DNA of 54,965 nucleotides from a virus. Lineage: Duplodnaviria > Caudoviricetes. A program made the position numbers and the translations under genes. Below are positions 27,727-37,600 of this stretch, piece after piece. Under the pieces are notes generated by a model that saw nothing but the letters and a program-made list of their open reading frames with translations, did no database searches and was not told the origin of the DNA. The stretch lies in IMG/VR virus record IMGVR_UViG_3300044613_005025, positions 1-54,965 of that record. One strand, written 5' to 3'. Every line of letters begins with the position of its first letter. Position 1 is the stretch's first letter.

Positions 27727-28638
27727 GTGCCCTTGGGCCTGACCTTGATCGAGGCGCAGAAATACGCCCGCCGTGCGGAGCAGCTGGCGGTGCTCAAGAC
27801 CTTTGCGGAGGGGGAGCTGCTGCGCCGCCTGCCCTTCCGCAACCTCGTGGGGGGCTCGTTGAGCTTTCCGGCGGAAACCAAGCTGCCCCGCGTGGGTTTC
27901 CGCGCGGTGAACGAGGGCTATCGCCAGAGCTATGGGGTGATCAATTCCGATTCGGAGTTCGTCCACCTCTTTGGTGGCGACCTGGATGTGGACCGCTCGA
28001 TCGTGGACCTGCAGGGCCCTGAGGCTCGTGCTGCCCAGACCGAGATGAAGGTGCGCTCCATGCGGCTCACCCTGGAGGCCGCCATCATCAACGGGGATGA
28101 CACCTTCGATCCGCGGGCGTTCAACGGGCTGAGTAAGCGCCTGGTGCCGGGTGAGGACCAGACGATCGACAACGGCGGCAATACCCTCAACCTGCTGGCG
28201 CTTGAGGCGTTGACCGACAGCGTGATCGGCTACGGCGGCGACAAGGTGCTGATCGCCAGCAAGGCCGCCCGGCGCCAGATCAGCACCGCCTCCCGCCAGG
28301 CCGGTGGGGATCTGTATGAGGTGATTGACGGACGCCACTATTTCGAGGGGGTGGAGATCCTGCTGGTGGAGGAGGACGCCGAGGGCAACGCCGTGCTCGG
28401 TTACGACGAACCGGGAGACACCACCTCCATCTACTGCTGCGTGCTGGGTGATGCGGCGGTGTGCGGCCTGCAGGGGCCGTTCGAGGGGCGGTATGGGATC
28501 TCAGTGCGGGACTTCGGGGAGGTGCATGACGCGCCGGTGTTTCGCACGCGAGTGGATTGGTACGTGGGTTTTGCCGTCTGCAACCGCAAGGCCGCTGCGC
28601 GGCTTTACAACGTGGCGCCCATGCCGCTGGTGGTCTGA
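27727..28638 (+). CDS. Major capsid protein
   Basis: LTLIEAQK, LPF, LPRVGFRAVNEGY, GGDLDVD, INGD....FNGL, RTRVDWYVG.....AAARL; GGGAG RBS before GTG. Confidence 0.88.
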   Translation: MPLGLTLIEAQKYARRAEQLAVLKTFAEGELLRRLPFRNLVGGSLSFPAETKLPRVGFRAVNEGYRQSYGVINSDSEFVHLFGGDLDVDRSIVDLQGPEARAAQTEMKVRSMRLTLEAAIINGDDTFDPRAFNGLSKRLVPGEDQTIDNGGNTLNLLALEALTDSVIGYGGDKVLIASKAARRQISTASRQAGGDLYEVIDGRHYFEGVEILLVEEDAEGNAVLGYDEPGDTTSIYCCVLGDAAVCGLQGPFEGRYGISVRDFGEVHDAPVFRTRVDWYVGFAVCNRKAAARLYNVAPMPLVV

Positions 28639-28695
28639 GACCGCCCCTGACCAGAAGAACCCCTCACGCCAACACCCCCAACCAGGAGACCCCTG

Positions 28696-29130
28696 ATGAC
28701 CTCTCAAGCCACCCGGCTGCTCGACGCCCAGACGGTGCTCGTCGGCTGGATCAACCACTCCGCCACCGACTGCTACGAGCACATCCGCAGCAGCGGTGAT
28801 GTGGTGAACCTCGGCACCGATCTCGATGCCTGCTCCTCCTTTGTGCTGGTGGCCTCCCACCCCGGCCACAGCGAGGCGGTGACCGTGACCATCGAGCTGG
28901 CGCCCCTACTGGATGACGGCAGCGCCGGCACCTGGATCACCGCCTCTGCCGTGGCCATCCCTGCCGCTGGCGGGAAGGTGGAGGCCACGATCAGCGGCGC
29001 GTCGCTGCTGCTCAACCCTGCCGACAGCGAGCTGATCAGCCCGCCCTGCCTGCGGCTGGCGCGGGCCAGCGTTTCTCCCGCCACCCCGGCGGGGATGTGC
29101 GTGGCCCTGACGGCCACCCAGGGACTGTGA
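28696..29130 (+). CDS. Possible capsid decoration/cement protein
   Basis: 144-aa beta-rich ORF right after the MCP; AGGAG RBS. Confidence 0.55.
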   Translation: MTSQATRLLDAQTVLVGWINHSATDCYEHIRSSGDVVNLGTDLDACSSFVLVASHPGHSEAVTVTIELAPLLDDGSAGTWITASAVAIPAAGGKVEATISGASLLLNPADSELISPPCLRLARASVSPATPAGMCVALTATQGL

Positions 29131-29140
29131 GGTGCCGGCC

Positions 29141-29734
29141 ATGAACAACCCCCTTGAGTCCACTGGCGCCGCCGCCGGTGTTGCCGATGCCGGTGTCGCT
29201 GGTGCCGGTGCCCCCGTGCTGCCGTTGCAGCTGCTCCAGCCCCTCGATGCCTCCCATCCGCTCAGCAGCCCCACCAGCCTTGGCGGTCCTGAGCAGCGGC
29301 TCATCGTCAGCCCCGATCCCAGGGTGGGGGTGGAGCTGGATCTGCGGCCCACCCGCCTGCTGATCAGCAGGGACGGGCAGACCCGCTCGATCTGGCCGGT
29401 GCATCTAGCCGGTTGGCAGGCCCTGGGCTGGCAGCTGCTCACGCCCGCCGAGGCGACAGAGGTGATGCAAGACCCTGCCCCTGCCGCGATCGAGCCTCCC
29501 CCTGCGGCTGAGAGCCTGCCAACACCTGGAGAAGCCCTGCTGGCGGGGGAGGAGCCCAACTTCCAGGCGATGACCAAGGCGGAGATCACCGCGTTCTGCG
29601 CGCAGACCTTTGGCGTCAGCGTCGATGGGGCGATGACCAAGGCCGAACTGGTGGCCACCGCCACCGGCCTGCACCAGGAGGCAGCGGTTGGCGAGCACCC
29701 TGCCGATGGGGAGTTCCCCGATGACCTCCTCTGA
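29141..29734 (+). CDS. Hypothetical protein with C-terminal HeH/Rho-N-like motif
   Basis: MTKAEITAFCAQTFGVSVDGAMTKAELV. Confidence 0.6.
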   Translation: MNNPLESTGAAAGVADAGVAGAGAPVLPLQLLQPLDASHPLSSPTSLGGPEQRLIVSPDPRVGVELDLRPTRLLISRDGQTRSIWPVHLAGWQALGWQLLTPAEATEVMQDPAPAAIEPPPAAESLPTPGEALLAGEEPNFQAMTKAEITAFCAQTFGVSVDGAMTKAELVATATGLHQEAAVGEHPADGEFPDDLL

Positions 29735-29942
29735 TCCCGCTGCCCCCAGTCCCACTGGCAGCGAGCGGCCGGAGGGGGTGATCTTCCTGGGGGAATCGCA
29801 GTGGGTGTTCGGCAACCGCCCCCTGCCTCCCTCCGGCCCGATCACCGTTCTGCTGGCCAGCCCGCCGCTGCGCACCACCACTGCTGGCAATGGGGTGGTG
29901 TCGATCTCCTTCGACATGCGGCTGCTGGCTGCTCTGCCTTGA
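29721..29942 (+). CDS. Small structural protein ending FDMRLLAALP
   Basis: 73 aa, overlaps the upstream gene; C-terminus resembles that of the next gene. Confidence 0.55.
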   Translation: MTSSDPAAPSPTGSERPEGVIFLGESQWVFGNRPLPPSGPITVLLASPPLRTTTAGNGVVSISFDMRLLAALP

Positions 29943-29991
29943 ACCTTGCCGCCACAACCGCTGCTGCAACTCTCTTCACCCCCTGAACCCC

Positions 29992-30714
29992 ATGGCCACC
30001 GCCCCCACCCGCACCCCGATCACCAGCACCACCACCAGCGACAGCCCCGCTCCCGCTGAGGCTCCAGCCAGCCGCACGCTGGCCAGCGACCTGCTGATTG
30101 TTCAGCGGGGCGCCATTCCTTACAAGGCCACCGCCGAGCAGCTCAAGGGCTACATGCTCACCCCGGCCACCGCGGCGGCGATCGGTGCGATCAAGCCCGG
30201 CACCAACCTCTCTGTGGATGCCGACGGCACCCTCCATGCCTCCATTCCCGGCGCCCTGCAGTACCAGGGCGCGATCGATCCCACCAGCGCAGAGGCCCCG
30301 GCCGATGCTGCGGTGGGGGATGTGTACCTGGCCAGCACCTCCGGTGAGGCCCTCGAGAGCTGGAGCGGCATCGCGGGCCAGCAGGTGGCCCAGGGGGACC
30401 TGCTGCTGTTTGACGGCAGCAGCTGGAGTGCCAACGCAGCCCTGGGCCCCGATGGCGCTGGCGTGATTCGCATCCAGGTGAGCGCACCGCTGGCCATCGA
30501 TGAAAGCGATCCGGCCCAGCCCTTGCTCAGCGTTGATCCCGCCACCACGGCTGCTGCCGGTGTGTTGCGCCTGGCCAGCGGCGAGGACCTCAGTGCCGGC
30601 ACCGAGGGCGCGGCCGTGGATGCCGCTGCCCTGAAGGCGGCGATGGAGACGGCCCAGCCTGCGGGGGACTACATGCCGCTGGACATCAGCAGCCTGCCTG
30701 CCCTGCCCGCCTGA
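29992..30714 (+). CDS. Fibre-like structural protein
   Basis: PATAAAIGAIKPGTNLSVDADGTL and ATTAAAGVLRLA fibre repeats; YQG..D and GDLLLFDGSSW motifs. Confidence 0.7.
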   Translation: MATAPTRTPITSTTTSDSPAPAEAPASRTLASDLLIVQRGAIPYKATAEQLKGYMLTPATAAAIGAIKPGTNLSVDADGTLHASIPGALQYQGAIDPTSAEAPADAAVGDVYLASTSGEALESWSGIAGQQVAQGDLLLFDGSSWSANAALGPDGAGVIRIQVSAPLAIDESDPAQPLLSVDPATTAAAGVLRLASGEDLSAGTEGAAVDAAALKAAMETAQPAGDYMPLDISSLPALPA

Positions 30715-30751
30715 GCCCCCGCCTCCTTTCCAACCGCCTGCTGTTGCTGAC

Positions 30752-31795
30752 GTGATCCAGCCCACCGACCTGTTCGCTGTTCAGCGCGATGGCACCACCT
30801 GTCGTGCCGCCGCCGCTGATCTGCTGGCCCTGCTCCAGGCCGGGCCAGCCTCCCGTACGGCAGGCAGGCTGTGGGACCTGGTCAGCACCCCTGCAGATCA
30901 GGACTGGCGATCGGTCTGCTGGGCACCTGAGCTGCGGCGGTTGGTGGCCGTTTCTATCGATGGCAGCCAGCGGGTGATGACCTCAGAGGACGGCCGGCAC
31001 TGGAGCAGCCGCCCCACGCCCAGCGACAACAACACCTGGATTGGTGTCTGCTGGAGTCCGGAGCGGCTGTTGTTTGTGGCGGTGGCCTCCGGCGGCACCA
31101 GCAACCAGGCGGTGATGACTTCCCCGGATGGGATCACCTGGACAGCCCGCAGCGTGCCCGTGGCCAACAGCTGGGTGGCCATCTGCTGGAGCCCCGATCG
31201 GCTGTTGTTTGTGGCGGTGGCCTTTGGTGGCACCGCCAACCAGGTGATGACCTCCCCGGATGGGATCACCTGGACGGCACGCAACGCAGCGGCCAGCCTG
31301 GTGTGGCGTGGGGTGTGCTGGGCGGCTGAGCTGGGTCTGTTCGTGGCGGTGGCCACCACCAGCAATGGCACCAACCAGGCGGTGATGACCTCCCCGGATG
31401 GCATCACCTGGACGCTGCGCACCACCCCGGCGGATAACACCTGGCGCAGTCTCTGCTGGGCCCATGAACTCGGCCTGCTGGTGGCAGTGGGCCAGAGCGG
31501 CACCGGCAACCGGGTGATGACCTCCCCAGATGGCATCACCTGGACGCTGCGCAGCACGCCAGCGGATCTGGACTGGCGGGCGATCTGCTGGGCAGCCGAG
31601 CTCAACCTCCTGGTGGCCGTTGCCGGCACCGGCAGCGGAAACCGGGTGATGACCTCAGCCAACGGCCTGAGCTGGACCTTGCGCGCCAGCGCCGCTGACC
31701 TGCAGTGGAGCGGCCTCTGCTGGGCCCCGGAGCTGGGCCAGCTGGTGGCCGTGGCCCAGAACGGCACCGGCAGCCGTGTGATGGTCAGCGCCTGA
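30752..31795 (+). CDS. Seven-repeat beta-propeller (BNR/Asp-box-like), candidate receptor-binding protein
   Basis: Seven repeats of about 44 aa: W..vCW.pEl.L.VAVA......VMTSPDGITWT. Confidence 0.8.
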   Translation: MIQPTDLFAVQRDGTTCRAAAADLLALLQAGPASRTAGRLWDLVSTPADQDWRSVCWAPELRRLVAVSIDGSQRVMTSEDGRHWSSRPTPSDNNTWIGVCWSPERLLFVAVASGGTSNQAVMTSPDGITWTARSVPVANSWVAICWSPDRLLFVAVAFGGTANQVMTSPDGITWTARNAAASLVWRGVCWAAELGLFVAVATTSNGTNQAVMTSPDGITWTLRTTPADNTWRSLCWAHELGLLVAVGQSGTGNRVMTSPDGITWTLRSTPADLDWRAICWAAELNLLVAVAGTGSGNRVMTSANGLSWTLRASAADLQWSGLCWAPELGQLVAVAQNGTGSRVMVSA

Positions 31796-31903
31796 TCAGC
31801 CCTCAGCACCATCAGGAGCGGAACCCGGGAGCTTTTGCTCCCCCGATTGGGTGACCATGAGCTTCCCTGATCGGGCGACTCCGTGATCCCCTGGTCGGGT
31901 GAT

Positions 31904-31933
31904 GAGCTTCTCCCCCAGCTGGGGGAGAAGCTC
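31904..31933. repeat. Perfect 30-bp palindrome between convergent genes
   Basis: GAGCTTCTCCCCCAG-CTGGGGGAGAAGCTC. Confidence 0.85.
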
Positions 31934-32062
31934 CAGAGCGCTTCTTCTGCTTTCCGCCGCCGCCTGAGCCCGGCTTCGCTGGGTGCGCCCGGGTTCACGT
32001 AGATCATCAAGGCGGCCGGCTCTCTCTACAACGCTCCCGAGCCCAGGGCCTGGCTCAGGGTG

Positions 32063-32326
32063 TCAAAGCCTTTGGCACCGATTATCGGAACACCCCCCGC
32101 TGGCCGGGAGCCAAGGCCACCTGGTTGTTTGCGGCCGCGATCTGCATGCGGAGGGGAAAAACAAGGCGCGAGCCGTGCTGCGCGACCGGCAGGCATTCAC
32201 CTGGCGGGGGGCCTGGATCCAGTTCGGCAGCTCACAGGCACCGACGAACGCGGTGGAGAAGATGATCTGACCGGTGAGCAGACCGTTTGACGCGGCCGCT
32301 CCGAGCAGCCGCAGCAGGGGGTTCAT
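32063..32326 (-). CDS. Small membrane protein, possibly degenerate
   Basis: GQIIFSTAFVGAC-x14-C pattern like 26112-26378. Confidence 0.45.
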   Translation of the reverse strand: MNPLLRLLGAAASNGLLTGQIIFSTAFVGACELPNWIQAPRQVNACRSRSTARALFFPSACRSRPQTTRWPWLPASGGCSDNRCQRL

Positions 32327-32411
32327 GAAGGCAGAGGGCGGCGGGTCCTCTGGCTCTTGCCACGGCGATGGCCAGGAGCCCATGGGGGCCTCAGCCCGCC
32401 CCCACCAGCTG

Positions 32412-32993
32412 CTAGCGCAGGCCGGCCAGGGCCTCCTTCTGGGCCCGCTGCACCGCCATCGGACTGATCTGCAAGTGCGCCGCGGCGGCCCGGAGGGAGA
32501 GGCCCACGAGGATGGTGAGCCGCAGGGCCATGGCCTGGGCTGCGGGCAGCTGCTCCACCAGGCGCTCCAGCGCCAGCCCATCTGCAGCACTGCCGCCAGC
32601 GCACTCGGGCTCGGGGGAGGCCAACTGATCCAGCAGGGAGTGCTCACCTGCAGCGGGGGCATCGAGGCTGGCGTGGCCGAGCGGGCATGCGCCCTTCTCG
32701 TGCTCCCGGCGGGAGATGCGCACCAGCCGCACCCGATCGCGCAGGTGGTGCTGCAGGGCGCCCTGGATGCAGCGGCGCAGATAGGGCGCAGCGGGCTCGC
32801 CGGAGCGGCAGCGGGGAGCAGAGCGGACCAGGGACTCGCGGGCCACCTGGATCAGATCCTCCCGCTCCACCAGCGGGAACAGGCGCCGGGCAGCCGCGCC
32901 GGCAATGGCATCAGCGAGGGGCAGGTGTTCCAGCACCAGGGCATCACGGGCACGCAGGGCCGAGCGGCTGAGGGAGGAAGCGGGGGAAGCCAT
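32412..32993 (-). CDS. Second sigma-70 family factor (regions 2 and 4)
   Basis: RDALVLEHLPLA..IA, EDLIQVA, GALQHHLRD, SLDAP, LP......L.L....GLSL...A..L.IS...V.R. Confidence 0.85.
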   Translation of the reverse strand: MASPASSLSRSALRARDALVLEHLPLADAIAGAAARRLFPLVEREDLIQVARESLVRSAPRCRSGEPAAPYLRRCIQGALQHHLRDRVRLVRISRREHEKGACPLGHASLDAPAAGEHSLLDQLASPEPECAGGSAADGLALERLVEQLPAAQAMALRLTILVGLSLRAAAAHLQISPMAVQRAQKEALAGLR

Positions 32994-33036
32994 CGGCAGG
33001 ACGGCGGAGAACCCCACCCCCAGCGGCCGGCCGCAG

Positions 33037-33089
33037 CGCCGTGGCAAGGACGCCCCGCAGGGGCGCATGGCCTGATCCTTGACGCGGCG
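33037..33089. repeat. Dispersed hairpin element, copy 3
   Basis: CGCCGTGGCAAGGA...TCCTTGACGCGGCG with inner CGCCCC-GCA-GGGGCG. Confidence 0.65.
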
Positions 33090-33366
33090 TGAGGACTGGC
33101 CGAGGGATGCGGTGGGTGTGCGCCTGGCCAATGGCGCCCTTGCGCTCTTCAGACCGAGGGGAAGCTGCCATCCATGGCAGTGCAGTTCCGGCACACCTCA
33201 ACCGATGGCAATGAATACAGCGTTGTCAGCTGAGGTCATGTCCCGACCAATCCAGGGCCAACCCCCGGGGACACCAGATACGGGGTACTCCTGGGTTCCA
33301 TACACCGTGGGCAGTGTGAGCAACCTGTGGTTGCCGCTAACATGGAACGACCATGCTTGGCAAGAG

Positions 33367-34182
33367 ATGCAAAATCCTGAAACACACCCAGCCCTCTCCC
33401 CCTCGGATGACGCGACGATGGTCGCCCGCACCTGGAATGGGACCCCAATCCCCAGGCGCACAACTGATGGCTACGTGAATGCCACAACGATGTGCAAGGC
33501 CAACAGCAAGAGGTGGAACAACTACTTTGAAACCGATCGGGCCTCGTCTTACATTGAGACTCTTTCTTCCGTTACTGGGATCCCAGTAACGGGTTCTGGT
33601 GGTCTGGTGCAGACCAGGCAGGGGGGCTCAGACCAAGGGACTTGGATTCACCCGCGAGTTGCAATTGACCTGGCACGCTGGATTAGCCCAGGCTTCGCTG
33701 TCTGGATGGACGGCTGGTTCCTAGAAGAACTCGAGCGATCCGCCAAAGCTGAAACCGCCGGGGCAAGGGCTGCCGTCTTGGCGCCAGCTGAGATGCTGAG
33801 CTTGATGGAACGGAGCCTTGCGCTGATGGAGCGCGCAGGTGGGCTTGATGAGCGGGACCAAATGCTGTTTAGGGATATGGCCCGCACCAACCTCCTGATG
33901 GCGAGCGGTGGCGGGACTGCAGAGCTTCCTTCCTACGCCGAGCAGGAAATGGCGCTCTCAGATGCATGGATTGAAGCTTTTGGCACACCCCTGCCAAGAG
34001 GGATAGACACCGCTGTGGGGAAAGCCGTTGCCAGGATCTACCGAGAAGAGCATGGGCAAGATCCCCCAAAGAGGACGCAGTACGTAGATGGAGCGCCAAG
34101 GAAAGTCAACAGCTACCGAAGAGAGTGGCTCCTGAAAGCTGTTCTGAAAGTTCGAGATCAAGTTATGGCCTTGCTTTCTTGA
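33367..34182 (+). CDS. KilA-N domain DNA-binding protein
   Basis: DGYVNATTMCKA..K.W..YF, QGTWIHPRVAIDLARWISP.FAVW. Confidence 0.9.
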   Translation: MQNPETHPALSPSDDATMVARTWNGTPIPRRTTDGYVNATTMCKANSKRWNNYFETDRASSYIETLSSVTGIPVTGSGGLVQTRQGGSDQGTWIHPRVAIDLARWISPGFAVWMDGWFLEELERSAKAETAGARAAVLAPAEMLSLMERSLALMERAGGLDERDQMLFRDMARTNLLMASGGGTAELPSYAEQEMALSDAWIEAFGTPLPRGIDTAVGKAVARIYREEHGQDPPKRTQYVDGAPRKVNSYRREWLLKAVLKVRDQVMALLS

Positions 34183-34273
34183 TCTGTCGCTTTCCTGCCG
34201 CGGATCTTTTTCGGCAGCTCAATGAAGCTGGTGCCACAGGGCTCCTCGCCCACAAAGGCCAGTGATCAAACCA

Positions 34274-34330
34274 GCACCTCCAAGGGGTTGGCGCCCAGTG
34301 CAGCGACCCGCGTCAGCCCATGCACGGTGC
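34274..34330. repeat. Dispersed hairpin element, copy 4 (degenerate)
   Basis: GCAGCGACCCGCGTCAGCCC (34300-34319) matches 49175-49194 at 18/20. Confidence 0.55.
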
Positions 34331-34635
34331 GGGAGTGAGGCAGCCCAGGGACCGTCTCGCCAAGTCGGAGCTGGGCTGTCTCCGCTGTCCTCAACGCCTG
34401 GTCCGCCCGTCTGGCAAGCACGTAGCGCCCCGGATGGGCGACCCCGTCACTGGCTGCGACCTCTTGGCACCCTTTAATGGAGGGACCCGTCTCTGGGCTC
34501 TTGCTGGACCGCTTGCTGACAAAAAGCTCGCAGCACCCTTCATCCGGGGTTGTGAAGCACCTTCTTTAGCCAGTCCAATGCAAGTTTTGCATAAAAACCG
34601 GCTCTCGCCCACCCGCTGCTCGTGCTTGAGACCGT

Positions 34636-37600
34636 ATGCCGCTTCGTGACCTCTGCACCCCACGCCCGTCAGTCTTCGCGGCGGACCGTCGCGCAACGGT
34701 GCTCAGCCTCGACACCTTCCTCAAGGGCGAGGTGGACGGCGGGGGGTTCTTTGAAGAGAACTACTTCACCAGCGGGATGCTCACCCTGGTGGATCGGGCC
34801 TTCCGCCATCTGAGTGGGTCAGGAGCTGGCTCTTCGGTGTTTCAGCTCTCCCAGGCGATGGGGGGAGGCAAGACCCACAGCATGATTTCCATGGGTCTGC
34901 TGGCCCGGGATCCCAACCTCCGCCAGGAGGTGTTTGCCCAGGTTGAAGGCGGCAACCCAGCCCCAAACCTTGGGGGCTGCCAGGTGGTGGGTTTCAACGG
35001 CCGCAGCACCGATGCTGATGGGGGGATTTGGGGTTCGATCGCAGATCAGCTGGGCAGAGCCGAGCAGTTCGCCAAGTACGTCTCACCTCTGCTGCGTGCT
35101 CCGGGCCCTGAAGCATGGAAGGAGCTGCTGGGCGAGCAACCGCTGGTGATTTTCCTGGACGAGCTGCCGCCGTATCTCGAATACGCGGTGGCGGTGCCGG
35201 TAGGCAACGGTAACCTGGCCACGGTGACGACAGCGGCGCTGGCGAACCTGTTCGTGGCCGTCACAGAGATGCCCAACGTCTGCCTGGTGCTCTCTGATCT
35301 GGGCGGCACAAACTACTCCGGTGGTCAGGACAACATCAACCAGGCGGTTGAAAGGGCGATTCAGCAGCTGAGCGGGGAGTCGAGGCGGATTGCGGTGCCG
35401 ATCACGCCCGTGAACCCCAATGGCGATGAGCTGTATCACATCCTGCGCAAACGCCTTTTCGCCCAGGTGGCTCCTGCAAACGCCATTGATGGCGTGGCCG
35501 GCTCCTACCGGGAAGCGCTGCGCGACGCGGTGAACATGGGGCTCACGACCACCACCCCGGAATCCCTATACACCCGGATTCAGGACTCCTACCCCTTCCA
35601 TCCCGACCTGCGGGAGCTGGTGGGCAAGTTCAAGGAGAACGAGGGTTTCCAGCAAACCCGGGGCGTGATCCGGTTGATGCAGATGGTCGTTTCCGACCTC
35701 TGGAATTCTGGCAAGGCCGGCGGCCTCGACCTGATCCACCCCTACGACCTCGACCTCAACCAAGACGAGCTCGCCTCTGAGGTGCGCACGATCAACCCCA
35801 GCCTCAGCGAGGCGATCGCCCACGACATCGCCCATGGCGGCGATGCCGAGGTAGAGGTGATCGATGAGGCCAACGGCAACACCGATGCCTCCGATGCCGC
35901 CCGGCTGATCCTGGTGGCCTCTCTCTCCACCACCCCTGGCGCGATCCATGGGATGCGGGAGTACCAACTGGTGGACTGCCTACAGCGCCCCGGCCGCGAC
36001 CTGTCTGCGTTCAAGACCAACGTTCTCGACAAGCTGGCGACGCGGGCCTGGTACCTGCACAACTCGCCCGACGGGCGGCTGTTCTTCAAGAACCAGCAGA
36101 ACCTGGCGGCCAAGCTGCGCTCTACGGCCCAGTCGCTCCACAACGAAACCGTGGAGCGGATGCTGCGGGAGCACCTGGATGACTACTTCACGCCCAGCCT
36201 GCGCGACTGCTTCCAGGTGGTGAAGGTGCTGCCTCCACCCGATGAGGTTCAGCTCGATCAGGAGAAGACCACCCTGGTGATCACCCGCCCCGGCGGCCAG
36301 GCCAATGGGCTGCCGGTGTCGCAGGACTGGCAGGACTGGTGGCAGCAGCAACCGTTCAAGAACCGGGTGCTGTTCCTGAGCGGCTCCAAGGACACCTACA
36401 TGAAGATCCTCGATGCCGCCCGCCAGTCACGGGCTCTGGTGAGCATCGAAGACGACCTCAAAGGCGAGAACACCCCGCCTGACGATCCGCAGTGGCGGGC
36501 GCTCGACAGCCTGCGGGACCGGATCGGCCTCCAGTTCACATCCGCTCTCAAAGAGACGTTTGATCAGATCGTCTACCCGTCGGTGAACTCCGCTCTGCGG
36601 GGCAGCGCCATTGATCTGGCCTTTGCCGGCAACACCAACGGCGAGGCCACGATCAAACAGACCCTGATCACCGTTCGCAAGTTCACGACTGAGATCAGCG
36701 AGGACTCGTTCCGCAGCTACGCGGAAGCCAAGCTCTTTGGCTCCGCCGACAGCGCCGTGGTGCTTTGGGCCGATGTGAAGCGCGCCGCAGCGACCCGCAC
36801 CGATTGGCCGCTGCACAAGCCTTCAGCGCTGGATGACCTGAAAGCCGACGCGATCCAACGCGATCGCTGGCGGCCTGAGGGCAACTACGTGCGCAAAGGT
36901 CCCTTCCCGCCGCCGACGCCCAGCATCGAGATCCGAGAAGGCGCCCGAGATGAAGAGGGCGATGGCCGCACCTATCTGCAACTGGTGCCGCTGCATTGCG
37001 ACAGCATCGTGTTCGAAAGCGGTGAGAGCGAGCCCACCACCGCTTCATCACCCGTGCCTTCCGCGGCGAAGTTTGAGGCCAAGGGCCTGCAATACAAGTT
37101 CCTGGCTTTCGACAGCGAGAACCCGGAGCGGCAAAGCGAGGTGAAGACCTGGACAGCAACCCTGCGACTCAAGAAGCAGCTGCATGACCGCGGCGATCAC
37201 TACGAGGTGGAGCTGCTGGCCTTTCCGCGGGTCAATGGCGTGAGCATCCACTACACAACGGATGGCTCCTCGCCGATCGGCACCAATGCGGCGGTGTATG
37301 ACGGACCGATTCGGGTGCCGGACAACTGCCGCAAGGTCTGCGCTGTGGCCCAGGCCCCGGCCTACTCGCTGACCTCCCAGGGGATCGTGCAGGAGATCCC
37401 CAAGCGAGGGGAGGAGGCCCGCACCATCGACGCCACACGGCCGGCGCGGTGGCAGAAGGTGTGCAAGCTCGACGACTCAGGCGCGGTGTGGGACCTGATC
37501 ACCCGGCTGGAGCAGAACCCAGGCGTGCTGGCCTACGACGTGCAGCTCTCAGCCCAGAGCAGTGATGGCGAGCAGATCGTGGACTACAGCGGCTCGTTGG

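Noticed and set aside
30900-31790. Regular nucleotide repeats suggesting a CRISPR array or DGR template/variable repeats
   Set aside because: They are in-frame coding repeats of a beta-propeller; no cas genes or reverse transcriptase in the window
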